Positions 13,198 through 23,781 of a stretch of 64,000 nt of DNA are shown here, piece by piece; the first letter of the stretch is position 1, and every line of letters begins with the position of its first letter. Under the pieces are notes generated by a model. It did no database searches. It worked only from the letters and a program-made list of their open reading frames with translations, and was not told the DNA's origin. The stretch spans positions 25,854,001 to 25,918,000 of the forward strand of contig NC_086109.1 in NCBI RefSeq assembly GCF_963921235.1. The letters are read 5' to 3'. The translations under genes were made by a program, and so were the position numbers. This DNA is from Mobula hypostoma. Taxonomy: Eukaryota.

Positions 13198-13945
13198 AGA
13201 ACCTACCAATCTCTGCTTTAAACTCACAAAGACTTGGCTTCCACAGCTGCCTGCGGCAACGAATTCCACAGATTCACCATTCTGGCTAAAGAAATTCCTC
13301 CTCATCTCCATTCTAAAAGGACACCTCTCTATTCTGAGGCTGTGACCTCTGGTCTTAGATCGATGTTTCCAACATCGGAAACATCATCTTCACATCCACT
13401 GTATCAAGGCCTTTAACCATTCAACAAGTTTCAATTAGGTCACTCCTCATTTTTCTGACTTCAAGTGAATATAGGGCCAAAGCCATCAAACACTCTTCAC
13501 ATTCAATCCTGGAATCAATTTGGTGAACCCCTTCGAACCCTCTCCAGTTTCAGCGCATCCTAAGATAAGGGGCTCAAAACTGCTCACAATATTTCAAGTG
13601 AGGCAACAGTGCTTTATAAAGTCTCAGCATTACACCCTTGCTTTTACATTCTAGTCCTCTTGAAATGAAGGCTAACACCGCATTTGGCTTTCTCACCACA
13701 GACTCAACTTGCAAATTAGCCTTTAAGGAATCCTGCAGAAAGACTCCCAAGTCCCTTTGCACCAGCTTTTGTATTTCCTCTCCACTTAGAAAACAGTCGA
13801 CACTTTCATTTCTTCTACCAAAGTGCATGACCATACGCTTCCCAACACTATATTCCATCTGTCACTCATCTGCTTATTCTCCTAATCTGGCTAAATCCTT
13901 CTGTTGACTCTCTGTCTCTTCAAAACTTCCTGCACCTCCACTTAT
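13198..13945 (-). mobile_element. Older CR1 3' fragment split by the younger CR1 (its other part is 9491-9641)
   Basis: RT C-terminal motifs HFGRRN, RDLGV, RLYKAL; sequence joins across the inserted element. Confidence 0.8.
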
Positions 13946-14452
13946 GAATGGTACACTCACTTACTGTATGCTGTACATTATAGTAGACATAATGTAGAAT
14001 TATTATTGTTGAGTGTTGCTGAAGTTGGTCTCATTTAGACAATAGCCTAATATTTGTAGAAAAATACGAGCCACGAACAAACTATAGCTATAGAAAGCCA
14101 AATAAAAAAGTTAGGGGGCTGAACGCTGAGTGACCGGGGAGAGGAGAGGTAAGGGGGTACAAGAATGTGGTGGTGAGACAGAATAGCATGGAAGTATGAA
14201 ATATCAAACATTGCTAACAAATACCTGGAACAGCAAGACACCGAGGAAACCACTAACCGGGGCAGCTGTAGCAGGCAGGCTGATGTTGAGCCCACATCAA
14301 CCCACCTCCCGCCTCCCACCTCCGATCTCCGATCTCTCCTCCCCATCATCAACACTTCCTCTATCCCCCACCACCCCCGCTCCTGATCTGCTCACCACCT
14401 CCCCTCCCTCTATAACTCTGCCCCGGGCCCATTGCCTGCTGACACTTCTCAC

Positions 14453-14611
14453 CTCCGAATCTTTCCTCTGGTTCCTGAAAAACTCGCGACCTTTAGGCAA
14501 GGCCCTGGGTTTGCCAAAGCTGTTGTTAGCAGGGGGTGTGGTCGCAGTCACGGCTGTGGTACCTAACCCAGGTCCGGGCCCGACAGGCAGCGGCCCGCCG
14601 CCCGTCTCCAT
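14453..14611 (-). CDS. STRIP1: Striatin-interacting protein (STRIP1/STRIP2, FAM40) coding exon 1
   Basis: ATG at 14611; METGGGPLPVGPGPG...PKGREFFRNQRKDSE (53 codons) then donor GAG|GTGAGA. RNQRKDSE is the conserved end of STRIP1 exon 1. Paralog (1 vs 2) not certain. Confidence 0.9.
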
Positions 14612-14752
14612 CGCCGGCTACCCTCTTCTCGCGAGATCCGTAAAAACATACTGACGTCAATGTGACATCATCAAAACAATGGGGTAATTTCCCTTAACGA
14701 CATGGCCATCCCAAACGCCAGCGTTACCTTCTCAATATGGACGGCCGGAAAT
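14612..14752 (-). promoter_or_regulatory. STRIP proximal promoter, CpG-rich, no TATA box seen
   Basis: Palindromic TCTCGCGAGA (BANP/CGCG element) 14627-14636, full CRE TGACGTCA 14652-14659, CRE-like TGACATCA 14663-14670, ETS-like CCGGAA 14745-14750; local CpG enrichment around exon 1. Confidence 0.75.
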
Positions 14753-14912
14753 TATACCTTCGGCACCAAGCAAAGTAGCTTTGGAGCTCTTGGTTGAATG
14801 TTTCGGTTTGGAGCAAAGGATTGAACCTGCAGTTGGGAGTTGCTCTCGAGCAGAAAGTGGGGGTGGTGAGATGGCAGGGTCTGACGGAGAAGACAGCGAA
14901 CGGGAGGTGGTA

Positions 14913-15176
14913 AACAACAGGAATTCTGCAGATGCTGGAAATTCAAGCAACACACATCAAAGTTGCTGGTGAACGCAGCAGGCCAGGCAGCATCACTAGA
15001 AAGACTGTCTTCTCCTAACATTTTGGATCTCCCCCTCCCCCTCCAACTTTCAAATCCCTTACTCACTCTTCCTTCAGTTAGTCCTGACGAAGGGTCTCGG
15101 CCTGAAACGTCGACTGCACCTCTTCCTAGAGATGCTGCCTGGCCTGCTGCGTTCACCAGCAACTTTGATGTGTGTT
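14913..15176. mobile_element. Fold-back Penelope terminal-repeat insertion
   Basis: 15-bp TSD GAA(C/T)GGGAGGTGGTA at 14898-14912 and 15177-15191; perfect 47-bp inverted arms 14948-14994 and 15131-15177. Confidence 0.88.
15080..15116 (+). ncRNA. Minimal type-I hammerhead ribozyme motif (Penelope-associated)
   Basis: AGUC-CUGACGA-aGGgucucggCCu-GAAA-C-GUC-GACU: conserved core, helix I AGUC/GACU, helix II, palindromic ACGU helix III. Confidence 0.7.
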
Positions 15177-15712
15177 GAATGGGAGGTGGTATTGAGTGAT
15201 CGGAGCTGTATGGAGGACGACGAATGGCGGGTCTCTGGGAAAAGGAAAAAACTAAAGGCCGACTGAGAATTGCACATAGTGGCTTATGGTCCAGTAATGA
15301 AGGCAGTAGACAAGGTCTAAATTTTTAAAAAATAAAGAGTTTAAGGTTTTGTTGAGTATTGAAGGTGGACCTGTTTCTTATGTCAATCTAATTAGACTAA
15401 GGATTAAAAAATTAGGAGGTACTGTATTGTGTAAAGATAGTAAGTGATATGAGAAAGTTTGGGGGTTAAAATATGGGAGGAAGGAAAGTAACACTAAGGA
15501 ATTAAATTGAATGACAGTGGCTTTGGGAAGTAATCACTGGAGTGCCTCTAGATGTATCCATGGACTAAGTTAAAAATAATTTAGTCGGGGGAAAAGTCGT
15601 GGACGCTAAACGTTTAAAAGGACTTTTTGGTGGAGTAAGAACAGATAGCTTATTGGTATTGACTACGTTTGATGGGAAAAATAAGTTGCCAGCTAGAGTT
15701 AAATCTAAGTTA

Positions 15713-17623
15713 CCGTGGTGCTAAAAGTTTGTGAACCCTGTAGAATTTTCTCTATTTCTGCATAAATATGACCTAAAATGTGATTAGATCTTCATGAAGG
15801 TACTAAAACTAGATAAAGAGAACCCAATTAAATAAACAAGTAACACTAAAACATTATACTTGTTTATTTATTTATTGAGAAAAATTGTCCAATATTACAT
15901 ATATTTGTTGGGGAAAAATATGTGAACCTCTGGTGTAATGTCTTCTACAAAAGCTATTTGGAGTCAGGTGTTCCAATCAATGAGATTAAATGGTGTGGGT
16001 TGTGGAGCTGCCCCTGCCCTATATATTAAAAAAAAGCAAATGCAGGTTATTGGCAGAGCCTGCTCTTTTCAAGAAAGATCTGTTTTTGTGCACCATGCCT
16101 CTGAAAACAACTTTCAGAGGATCTTAAAGATGCATGAAGCTGGAAAAGGCTACAAAAGCATTTCTAATGACTTAAGTGTTTATCAGTCCACAGTAAGAGA
16201 AATTGTCTACAAATGGAGGAAACTTGGTACTGTTGCTACTCTCTCTAGGAGTGGGTATCCTGCAAAGATCACAGCAAGAACACAACGTGCAATACTGAAG
16301 GAGGTGAAAAACAACCCAAGGGTAACAGCAAAAGACCTGCTGTCACGGAAAGGAGTACTCGGACCCGGAGGGAAGTTACTTCAGAAAATCTTTATTGATG
16401 CATGATATCATGGAGAGTCCAAGCTCCTAAAAGCGGGGTCTTGGAACTCTGCTTAACAATAGAGTGCACTCTTATTTATACCCCAAGCATATGTGACAAG
16501 AAGCACTTAAAGCTGCAAGGAGGAATTTAGACTGCAATTCTACAGAACAGCGAAGTAGCATGATATGTCCTTGAATGGTTATACATTTTACTTAAGTGTT
16601 GGTTCCCAGAAAGCTATATCAGACTTGCTCAACCACAGACATGTTATAATTCTCAGAACAAAGAACAAAGAAGCACAGATATAGTTATTTCTACATCCTG
16701 GCTACAACTCACATTTCAGTCACACAATGTTCATTAGTCACAGATAAATGGTTATAGTTTTTGAATTCACACTTTTTTAAAAAAAATCATTAACCCCTTA
16801 ATGTCTGTCACAAGGTCTTTAGTATTTTTCTTCCACATGTGCAGAAATCTCCAGAACTTGCTAAAGTTTCTGTTCATGCGTCCACTATAAGAAAAACACT
16901 GAACAAGAATGGTGTTCATGGAAGGACACCACAGAGGAAACCACTGCTCTCCAAAAAAAAACATTGCTGCACATCTCATTTGCAAAAGACCACCTGGATG
17001 TTCTACAACGCCTCTGGGACAAAAGTTGAACTTTTTGTCTGAAATGCGCATTGCTATGTTTGGAAGGAAACGGGCACTGCACATCAACACTAAAACCTCA
17101 TCTCACTGTGAAGCATGGTGGAAGGAGCATCATGGTTTGGGCTGCTTTGCTGCCCAAGGACCGTGGACAGCTTGCAATTGTTGAGGGAACAATGAACAAT
17201 AAGGTCCTAACTTTAATCCTATTGAAATGTGGAAGGACCTAAAGCAAGCAGTTCATGCAAGGAAGACCATCAACATCCTGGAGTTGAAGCAATTTTGTAA
17301 GGAGGAATGGCGTAAACTTCCTCCAAGCCGATGTGCAGGACTGATCACAGTTACCAGAAATGTTTGGTTGAAGTTAATGCTGTACAAGGGATTCAAACCA
17401 GGTACTGAAAGTAAAGGTTCACATACTTTTTCTGACAAATAAATGTAATATTGAATACTTTTTCTCAACAAATAAATGAACAAGTATAATGTTTTTGTGT
17501 TATTTATTTAATTAGGTCTCTTTAGTTTTAGGACTTGTGTGAATATCTGATCATATTTTAGCTCATATTTATGCAAGAAATAGAGAAAATTCTACAGGGT
17601 TTTCTAACTTTCTAGCACCACTG
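15713..17623 (+). mobile_element. Decayed Tc1 transposon with ~200-bp TIRs
   Basis: TA flanks 15711-12 and 17624-25; TIR C(A/C)GTGGTGCTA...; transposase remnants GKGYKSIS, RSGYPAKIT, TVKHGG.SIMVW, LNPIEMW.DLK. Confidence 0.92.
16341..16837 (-). mobile_element. Solo LTR inserted in the Tc1 transposase
   Basis: TG...CA ends; interrupts AKDL|QKS; minus-strand TATAAATA (16473-16480) upstream of AATAAA (16391-16396); TSD imperfect. Confidence 0.7.
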
Positions 17624-17629
17624 TAAGTA

Positions 17630-18895
17630 GTGCAAAAACATAAATTAAAAAAATAATGAGATAGTGTTTAATGTACCTTTAGAAATCAGATGGCAGAGGG
17701 TTCCTCTATCGTTGTGTGTGGGTGCCTTCAGGCTTTTGTATCTTCTTCCTGATGGTAACAGTGAGAAGAGGGTTGAATCGGCTTTATTTCTTACATCCTT
17801 CATATACGTGAGGAGTAAAAAATCTTTACGTTACATCTCCGTCTGAATGTGCAATGTGCAAATTATAGTAATTTGTAATAAGTAGCATGTACAGTAAGAT
17901 ATACAGCAGAACAGTTAATATAGTTTAGAAGTACAATTGTGTAAGCATGAATTATTCAGTCTAATGGCCTGGTGCAAGAAGCAGACCCAGAACCTGATGG
18001 TCCTGGCTTTAATGCTGTGGAACCGTTCCCCCAATGGTAGCAGCTGCAACAGTTTGTGGGTGGGGTGACTCGGGTCGTCAATGATCCTCCGGGGCCTCTT
18101 TACGCACCTGTCGCTGTAAATGTCCTAAATCGTGGAAAGTTCACATCTACGGATGTGCTGGGCTGTCCGCACCACTCTCTGCAGAGCCCTGCGATTTAGA
18201 GAGGTACAGTTCCCACACCGGGCAGTGATGCAGCCAGTCAGGATGCTCTCAGTTGTGCCTCAAGAAAGTTCTGAGGATTTGGGGACTCGTGCCAAACTTC
18301 TTCATCCACCTGAGGTAGTGGGGGTCCTTGATGATGGAAGCCGATTTTCTGAGGCACTGCTTCTTGAAGATGTCTTGTATACTACGGTGGCTAGTTCCCA
18401 CGATGGAGCTGACTAATTCTATAAATCTCTGCAGCTTACTTCGATCCTGTGCAATAGCCCCCGGCCCCCATACCAGCCGGTGATGCAACCAGTCAGAATG
18501 CTCTCCATGGTACATATAGAAATTTTTGACTCTTTTGTGTGACAAACCAAATACCCTCAAACTCATGATGAACTATAGCTGCAGTCTTGCCTTCTTTGTA
18601 GCTGCAGCGATATGTTGGGAACAGGCTACATCCTCAGAGATCTTGACACCCGGGAACTTGAAATTGCTAACTCTTTCCACTTATGATTATTTTTCTGTTC
18701 CCTCATCTTAGCCTTTCTTCAAGTCCACATTCAGCTCTTTGGTCTTACTGATGTTGAGTGCAAGGTTGTTACTGCGACACCATTCAACTAGCTGGTATAT
18801 CTTGCTCCTGTATGCCCTCTCATCAGCATCTGAGATTCTGCCAACAGTGGTTGTATCATCAGCAAGTTTATAGAAGGCGTTTGAGCTATGCCTAG
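17630..18895 (-). mobile_element. Several Rex1/Babar LINE fragments
   Basis: [37 protein letters not shown] motifs; Rex-type 3' UTRs. Confidence 0.8.
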
Positions 18896-19314
18896 GCTGA
18901 TGATATTTTATCAGATCTCCAGTTCTTCTGATAAATGTTGTCCAATGCCATATTGATGAGCACACAGCACCAGGAGAATAACATGATAGATCTACTGCAA
19001 TTTAAGTTTCACTTATGTTTCAAGCTCACATTGGTCTTTTTGAGGGCTTTGATCTGAAATGTGAACAAATGACACTGATGCAGCTTGACCCACTGAGTCA
19101 CTGCTACAGATTGTTAGCCTTTCCTGGGTTAATTAATAAACAATACATGGCTGAGTTCACAAATCTAATCTGATTCCATTCTCAAAGTAAAGAGTGGGGT
19201 AATGAGTAAGGAGTGATTTGCATGTTGTTTATAGAATTTGAAAGGATTCAGCAAGTCAATGAAGGAATTTCAAATTAAGTTTCAAAGTAAGAAGAAGCCT
19301 TATTAATGGGTGTA

Positions 19315-19525
19315 AGTCTTTAAACAGCAGTGGTTGATAGCTGGAATACACTGCCAGAGGAGGTGGTGAAATCCCATACTATGACTATATTTAAGAGGCA
19401 TTTGGACAAACATTTCAACAGGCAAATTATTGAAAGGTAATGTAGGCTAATAGAATTGATAGAGATGTGGAAAGGTTGGCATAGATGTGCTGAGCCAAAG
19501 GGGCTGTTTCTGTGCTGCATGACTT
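19315..19525 (+). mobile_element. CR1 3'-end fragment
   Basis: ctggaatacactgccagaggaggtggt...gggctgtttctgtgctg. Confidence 0.6.
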
Positions 19526-20340
19526 CATCAGAATGTAGGCCAAGGGAACATAATCAGAACCAGTATGTTTTCTAGGCGATAGAAAGTGGTTCTTGTGAGG
19601 AAAGATGTTGGAAATGTGGGAGTTACAAAAAAGAAAATCAGTAGAGTTAAGACTAATAACTGTAAATTTGAAAGCAGTTGATCTTTTGGGGGGAAATTAA
19701 GGAAAATGAAGTTAAGACAGGGAAATGGATTTGGCATACTAATCAGTCATCATATAATCAAAAAGAAGTACATGCTCAAGGCGCTGGCTAATTCTCATCT
19801 GTTCCTTCTTTCTTTGGAAGGACAAAGGGTTCCTTCTCTGAAGGGCACTTGTGATCCAATGTAAATGGCTCCTTTCGCCGAAAAGAACTTTTCAATTTCA
19901 GATTACTGAATTAAAATTCCAAAACTTCAACAGTTCCTAGCAAGAATATTAAATAAGGCTTCTGCATTGCAAGTCTGGTGACATAACTACAAGGCCACCG
20001 TAACAATCTGATTAATTTGCAAAGATGCAATGCATCACACTTTTCTCTGGATTGTCAGCTGAATTAATACTTTAACCAATGCATTTTCAAAAATCTCTAG
20101 TTGGTAGATTAAAAGAAGTCCCAAAATAATTTTAACACAAAGAATTTAGCAAAAGTTGTTTCTTAAAGGAATGGAATACCAATGGCATATTACCCATTTT
20201 TGTCATTGTATTTCATGCAAGTAATGACGTTATTGACAGCCTGTTCACGTAACAGTAACAAAGAAATTGGAAATTGATGGTTTATGGCTTCCATACATAG
20301 CACACAGCCTGCCGAAAGTAATAACTTTGTATGACTTAAA

Positions 20341-20399
20341 GTAACGAAACCAAATTTCCCTCGGGATTAATAAAGTATATCTATCTATCTATCTATCTA
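20341..20399 (+). repeat. Rex1-type 3' tail with (TCTA)n microsatellite
   Basis: aatttccctcgggattaataaagta followed by tatctatctatctatcta. Confidence 0.55.
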
Positions 20400-21657
20400 A
20401 ATCCCTGGCATATCACTTGTACGGATTCAATAATACAGTGGCATGGAGGGATAATACAGAAACATATCAAGAAACTTCCAAAATAGGAATGGTATTAAGA
20501 TGCTTCACATGATCCTGCTGGGAGGAAATTTATGTTACTTTTACCAATACATGTATCTCCCAATGTCTAAAATGGCCTACCTATCACTTTGCCTGGACAA
20601 GCAGATTAGATCTAATCAGGTAATTTTCCAATCTATCAGTTAATCATAACTCACATGGACATTGTGGGAGACCATGTGCACTGATGATTGAACATGACCA
20701 AAATTCACTCAGAAACTTCAAGTATGGATTTACTTTTGTGGGGCCATTCAGAACGATTGGCCTCCCACAACTTTCATGATCTTTCATTGTGTGATATCTA
20801 ACTTCAGAAAAGTGAAGAATTGCCATTGTTCAATTTCACTGGGCCTCCTTGATATGACATTCAGTTAGATATTGCCCCATACAGTGGGTAATCTATTCCT
20901 CTTTTACCTTTACAATTAAACTCCAATCTATGTTTGGACTAAGTTAGAAATGAGACCTAGAGTCAAGTGGTCCTAAAGAAGTCTGAAAATCATCAAAACT
21001 GAATTGGGTACAGACACCCAACCATTGTACTTTCTGCATTCAGTTTGCTGATGGTTGATGTTAGTCTGATTGGATGGTAATTAACCTGACTACTCCAAAA
21101 AGAAGATTGTAAAAGAAATGCTCTCAGCTGCGCGTCCCTTAAAAGTGCATCTGAATTGTAAGGGTATACCAAGACAGTAAGCACTTGACTGAATATTACA
21201 AGTGATGCAAAACATCCCAGAAATAAACATATGCAATTGAATTACTTGGAATTGAGCTCTGAGCAAGTGCACAGTTGTTGTGATAATATAATTTCAGCAG
21301 GGGGTGATCTTTACCAATCCATGTTAACCACCACAAATGGATACAGCAAAAAATTACTTAATTAAGATCTGAAAGTGGTTATTAACCATATAAAACATCT
21401 CAAATTACTGCATTTCTCTAAACCACCTTTAAAAATTGCAGAAATAATGTCTTTGTGAATTCTGTACAAAGTATTGAGTAGAAGTTAGACCAATAAGCAC
21501 TTCGATTTTTTTATATATCAGTCCTGGATGAATGCAGCACACTTATTCTACTGGTTTAAAATAAATTATTATGATTTGCCTCATACAATGTACAAAATAC
21601 CATTTCCTTTCTTTGATAAATTTATTGTGCTATTAAGCAAAACTAATCACTGAACTA

Positions 21658-22133
21658 CGAGGGGTGATTGATAAGTTCATGATCTAAGGTAGAAGAAGTC
21701 AATTTTAGAAAACCTAGCACATTTACTTTTCAACATAATCCCCTCCTACATTTACACACTTAGTCCAGTGGTCATGGAGCATACAGATCTTGGACCTCCA
21801 GAAAGTGTCAGCAGCAGGGGTGATTGATAAGTTTGTGGCCTGAGGTAGAAGGAGATGAGTTATACAGTTCTCATTACATGTACATGCAGTTCAACTCTTT
21901 GAGTGATTATGCAGAAAGTTTGAAGTTAATAACTCACCTCCTTCTACCTTAGGCCACAAACTTATCAATCACCCCTGCTGTGGACACTTTCTGGAGGTCC
22001 AAGATCCATATGCTCCACGACCGCTGGACTAAGTGGGTAAATGTAGGAGGGGACTATGTTGAAAAGTAAGTGTGCTAGTTTTCTAAAATTGACTCCTTCT
22101 ACCTTAGGCCACGAACTTATCAATCACCCCTCG
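21658..22133. mobile_element. Palindromic mariner-derived MITE
   Basis: TA flanks 21656-57 and 22134-35; ~200-bp inverted arms starting CGAGGGGTGATTGATAAG; 22013-22069 encodes mariner C-terminus LHDRWTKWVNVGGDYVEK*. Confidence 0.88.
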
Positions 22134-22194
22134 TATGTAGATATTTATTTGGGCAGATGATTCAAACAGTACGTAAAATAGTGCAGTACGATAA

Positions 22195-23128
22195 ACCCCC
22201 TGATTCTCACAGCTACCTGGGCTATACCTCTTCCCATCCTGTCACTTGTAAATATGTCATATCTTTCCCTCAGTTCCTCCATCTCCACCATCTGGTACTT
22301 ATCCTTGCAAGCAGAGCAAGTGCCACGCCTGCCCCTACACCTCTTCCCTCACTATCATTCAGGGCCACAAACAGTCCTTCCAGGTGAGGTGACACTTCAC
22401 CTGTAAGTCTGTTGGGGGTCATCTACTACATCCAGTACACCCAGTGTGGCCTCCTGTATATTGGTGAGAGTCGAAACAAATTGGGAGACTGCTTCACTGA
22501 GCATCTACATTCCGTCCACCAGAAAAATTGGGATCTCCCCGGAGGCCATCCATTTCAATTCTACTTCCCATTCTCATTCTGACATGTCAGTCCATTGCCT
22601 CCCCTACCGCTGCGATGAGGCCACACTCAGGCTGGAGGAATAGCACCTTGTATTCTCCCTGGGTAGCCTCCAACCTGATGGTATGAACAGCTATTTCTCG
22701 AACTTACGGTAATTGCAACCCCCCCCTTCAGCATTCCCCATTCCCATTTCCTTCTCTCACCTTATCTCCTTACCTCCCACTGGTGCCCCTCTCCCTTCCC
22801 CTTCTTCCATATCCTTTTGGCCTCTCCTATCAGATTCCTCCTTCTTCAGCCCTTTGTCTCCTTCACCAATCAACTTCCCAGCTATTGACTTCACCCCAAC
22901 CCCCTCACCTAGTTTCGCCTATCACCTACTACCATGTACTTCTTTCTCACCTCCCCCCACCTTCTTACTCTGACTTATCATCTCTTTTTCCAGTCCTGAT
23001 GAAGGGTCTTGGCCTAAAACGCTGACTGTTTACTCTTTTCTACTGATGCTGCTTGGCCTGTTCAGTTCCTCCAGGATTTTATGTGTATTACTTTGACCTC
23101 CAGCACCTGCAGAGTTTCTCTCGTTTAT
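22195..23128 (+). mobile_element. Decayed Penelope-like element (RT thumb fragment, GIY-YIG, terminal repeat)
   Basis: KPPDSHSYLGYTSSHP.TCK; GIY-YIG region; degenerate hammerhead cagtcCTGATGAagggtcttggcct(a)AAA at 22991-23028; TSD CAGTAC(G/A)ATAA 22184-22194 / 23129-23139. Confidence 0.85.
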
Positions 23129-23269
23129 CAGTACAATAATAGGCCTTGCAGACCACCAAGTCTGGATTGGCCATATCGCCAATCTAACTAATCCTATCTG
23201 CCTACACATGGTCCATGTCCTTCTGTTGCCTTCCTGTTCATGTGTCTGTCTTAATGCGACTTCATGAAT

Positions 23270-23780
23270 AGAAAACAGAATATAGGATAGTACTGCAGAG
23301 GCTCTTCCCCATTCCCCACAATGTTGTGCTGAAATAATCAAACCAGTGTCTCCTAATTAGTATAATCCCATTTCTCCACGCATTGATTATATCCCTCCCT
23401 TCTCTGCATTTTTATGTGCCTCAGTACACTAAGAGTTTCCATAATGCTCCTTTGCTACCTACTGTATCTCCACCGCCACCCCTGGCAGAGCATTCCAGGC
23501 CCCCTCCACTCTCTGTGTAAGAATAAACAACTTGCTTCGCACATGTCCTTTGTAATTTCCCCCTCAAATTAAGCACATGCTGTCTACTTGTGGACATTTC
23601 AATCCTGGATAAGAGATACTGGCTGTTTATTTATGCCTTAGATAATTTATAAACCTCCATCAAATCTCTCCTCAGCCTTTGCTAGTCCAGAGAAAACACA
23701 CCCAGCTTGTCCAACTTCTCGCCATGCCCTCCAGACCAAGTAGCATTCTGGTAAACTCTTCAGCACCTTCTTCAAAGCTT
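23270..23780 (-). mobile_element. CR1 3' fragment
   Basis: FTRMLLGLE motif and CR1-type 3' UTR in antisense. Confidence 0.65.
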
Positions 23781-23781
23781 C

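Larger units (their letters stand above)
14760..15710 (+). mobile_element. Decayed ORF1 (gag-like) of a Nimb/I-group LINE
   Basis: After removing the insert at 14913-15191 the frame reads MAGSDGEDSEREVVLSDRSCMEDDEWRVSGKRKK; later ITGVPLDVSMD, GGKVVDAKRLK, TDSLLVLTTFDG..LPARV. Confidence 0.6.

Noticed and set aside
14196-14654. 152-aa Pro/Ser-rich plus-strand ORF
   Set aside because: Antisense shadow of GC-rich STRIP exon 1 and its intron start.
14752-15178. Repeated peptides MLVNAAGQAAS / SPDEGSRPETST in several ORFs (also 6.7 kb and 27.7 kb)
   Set aside because: Translations of the non-coding Penelope terminal repeat, not a gene family.
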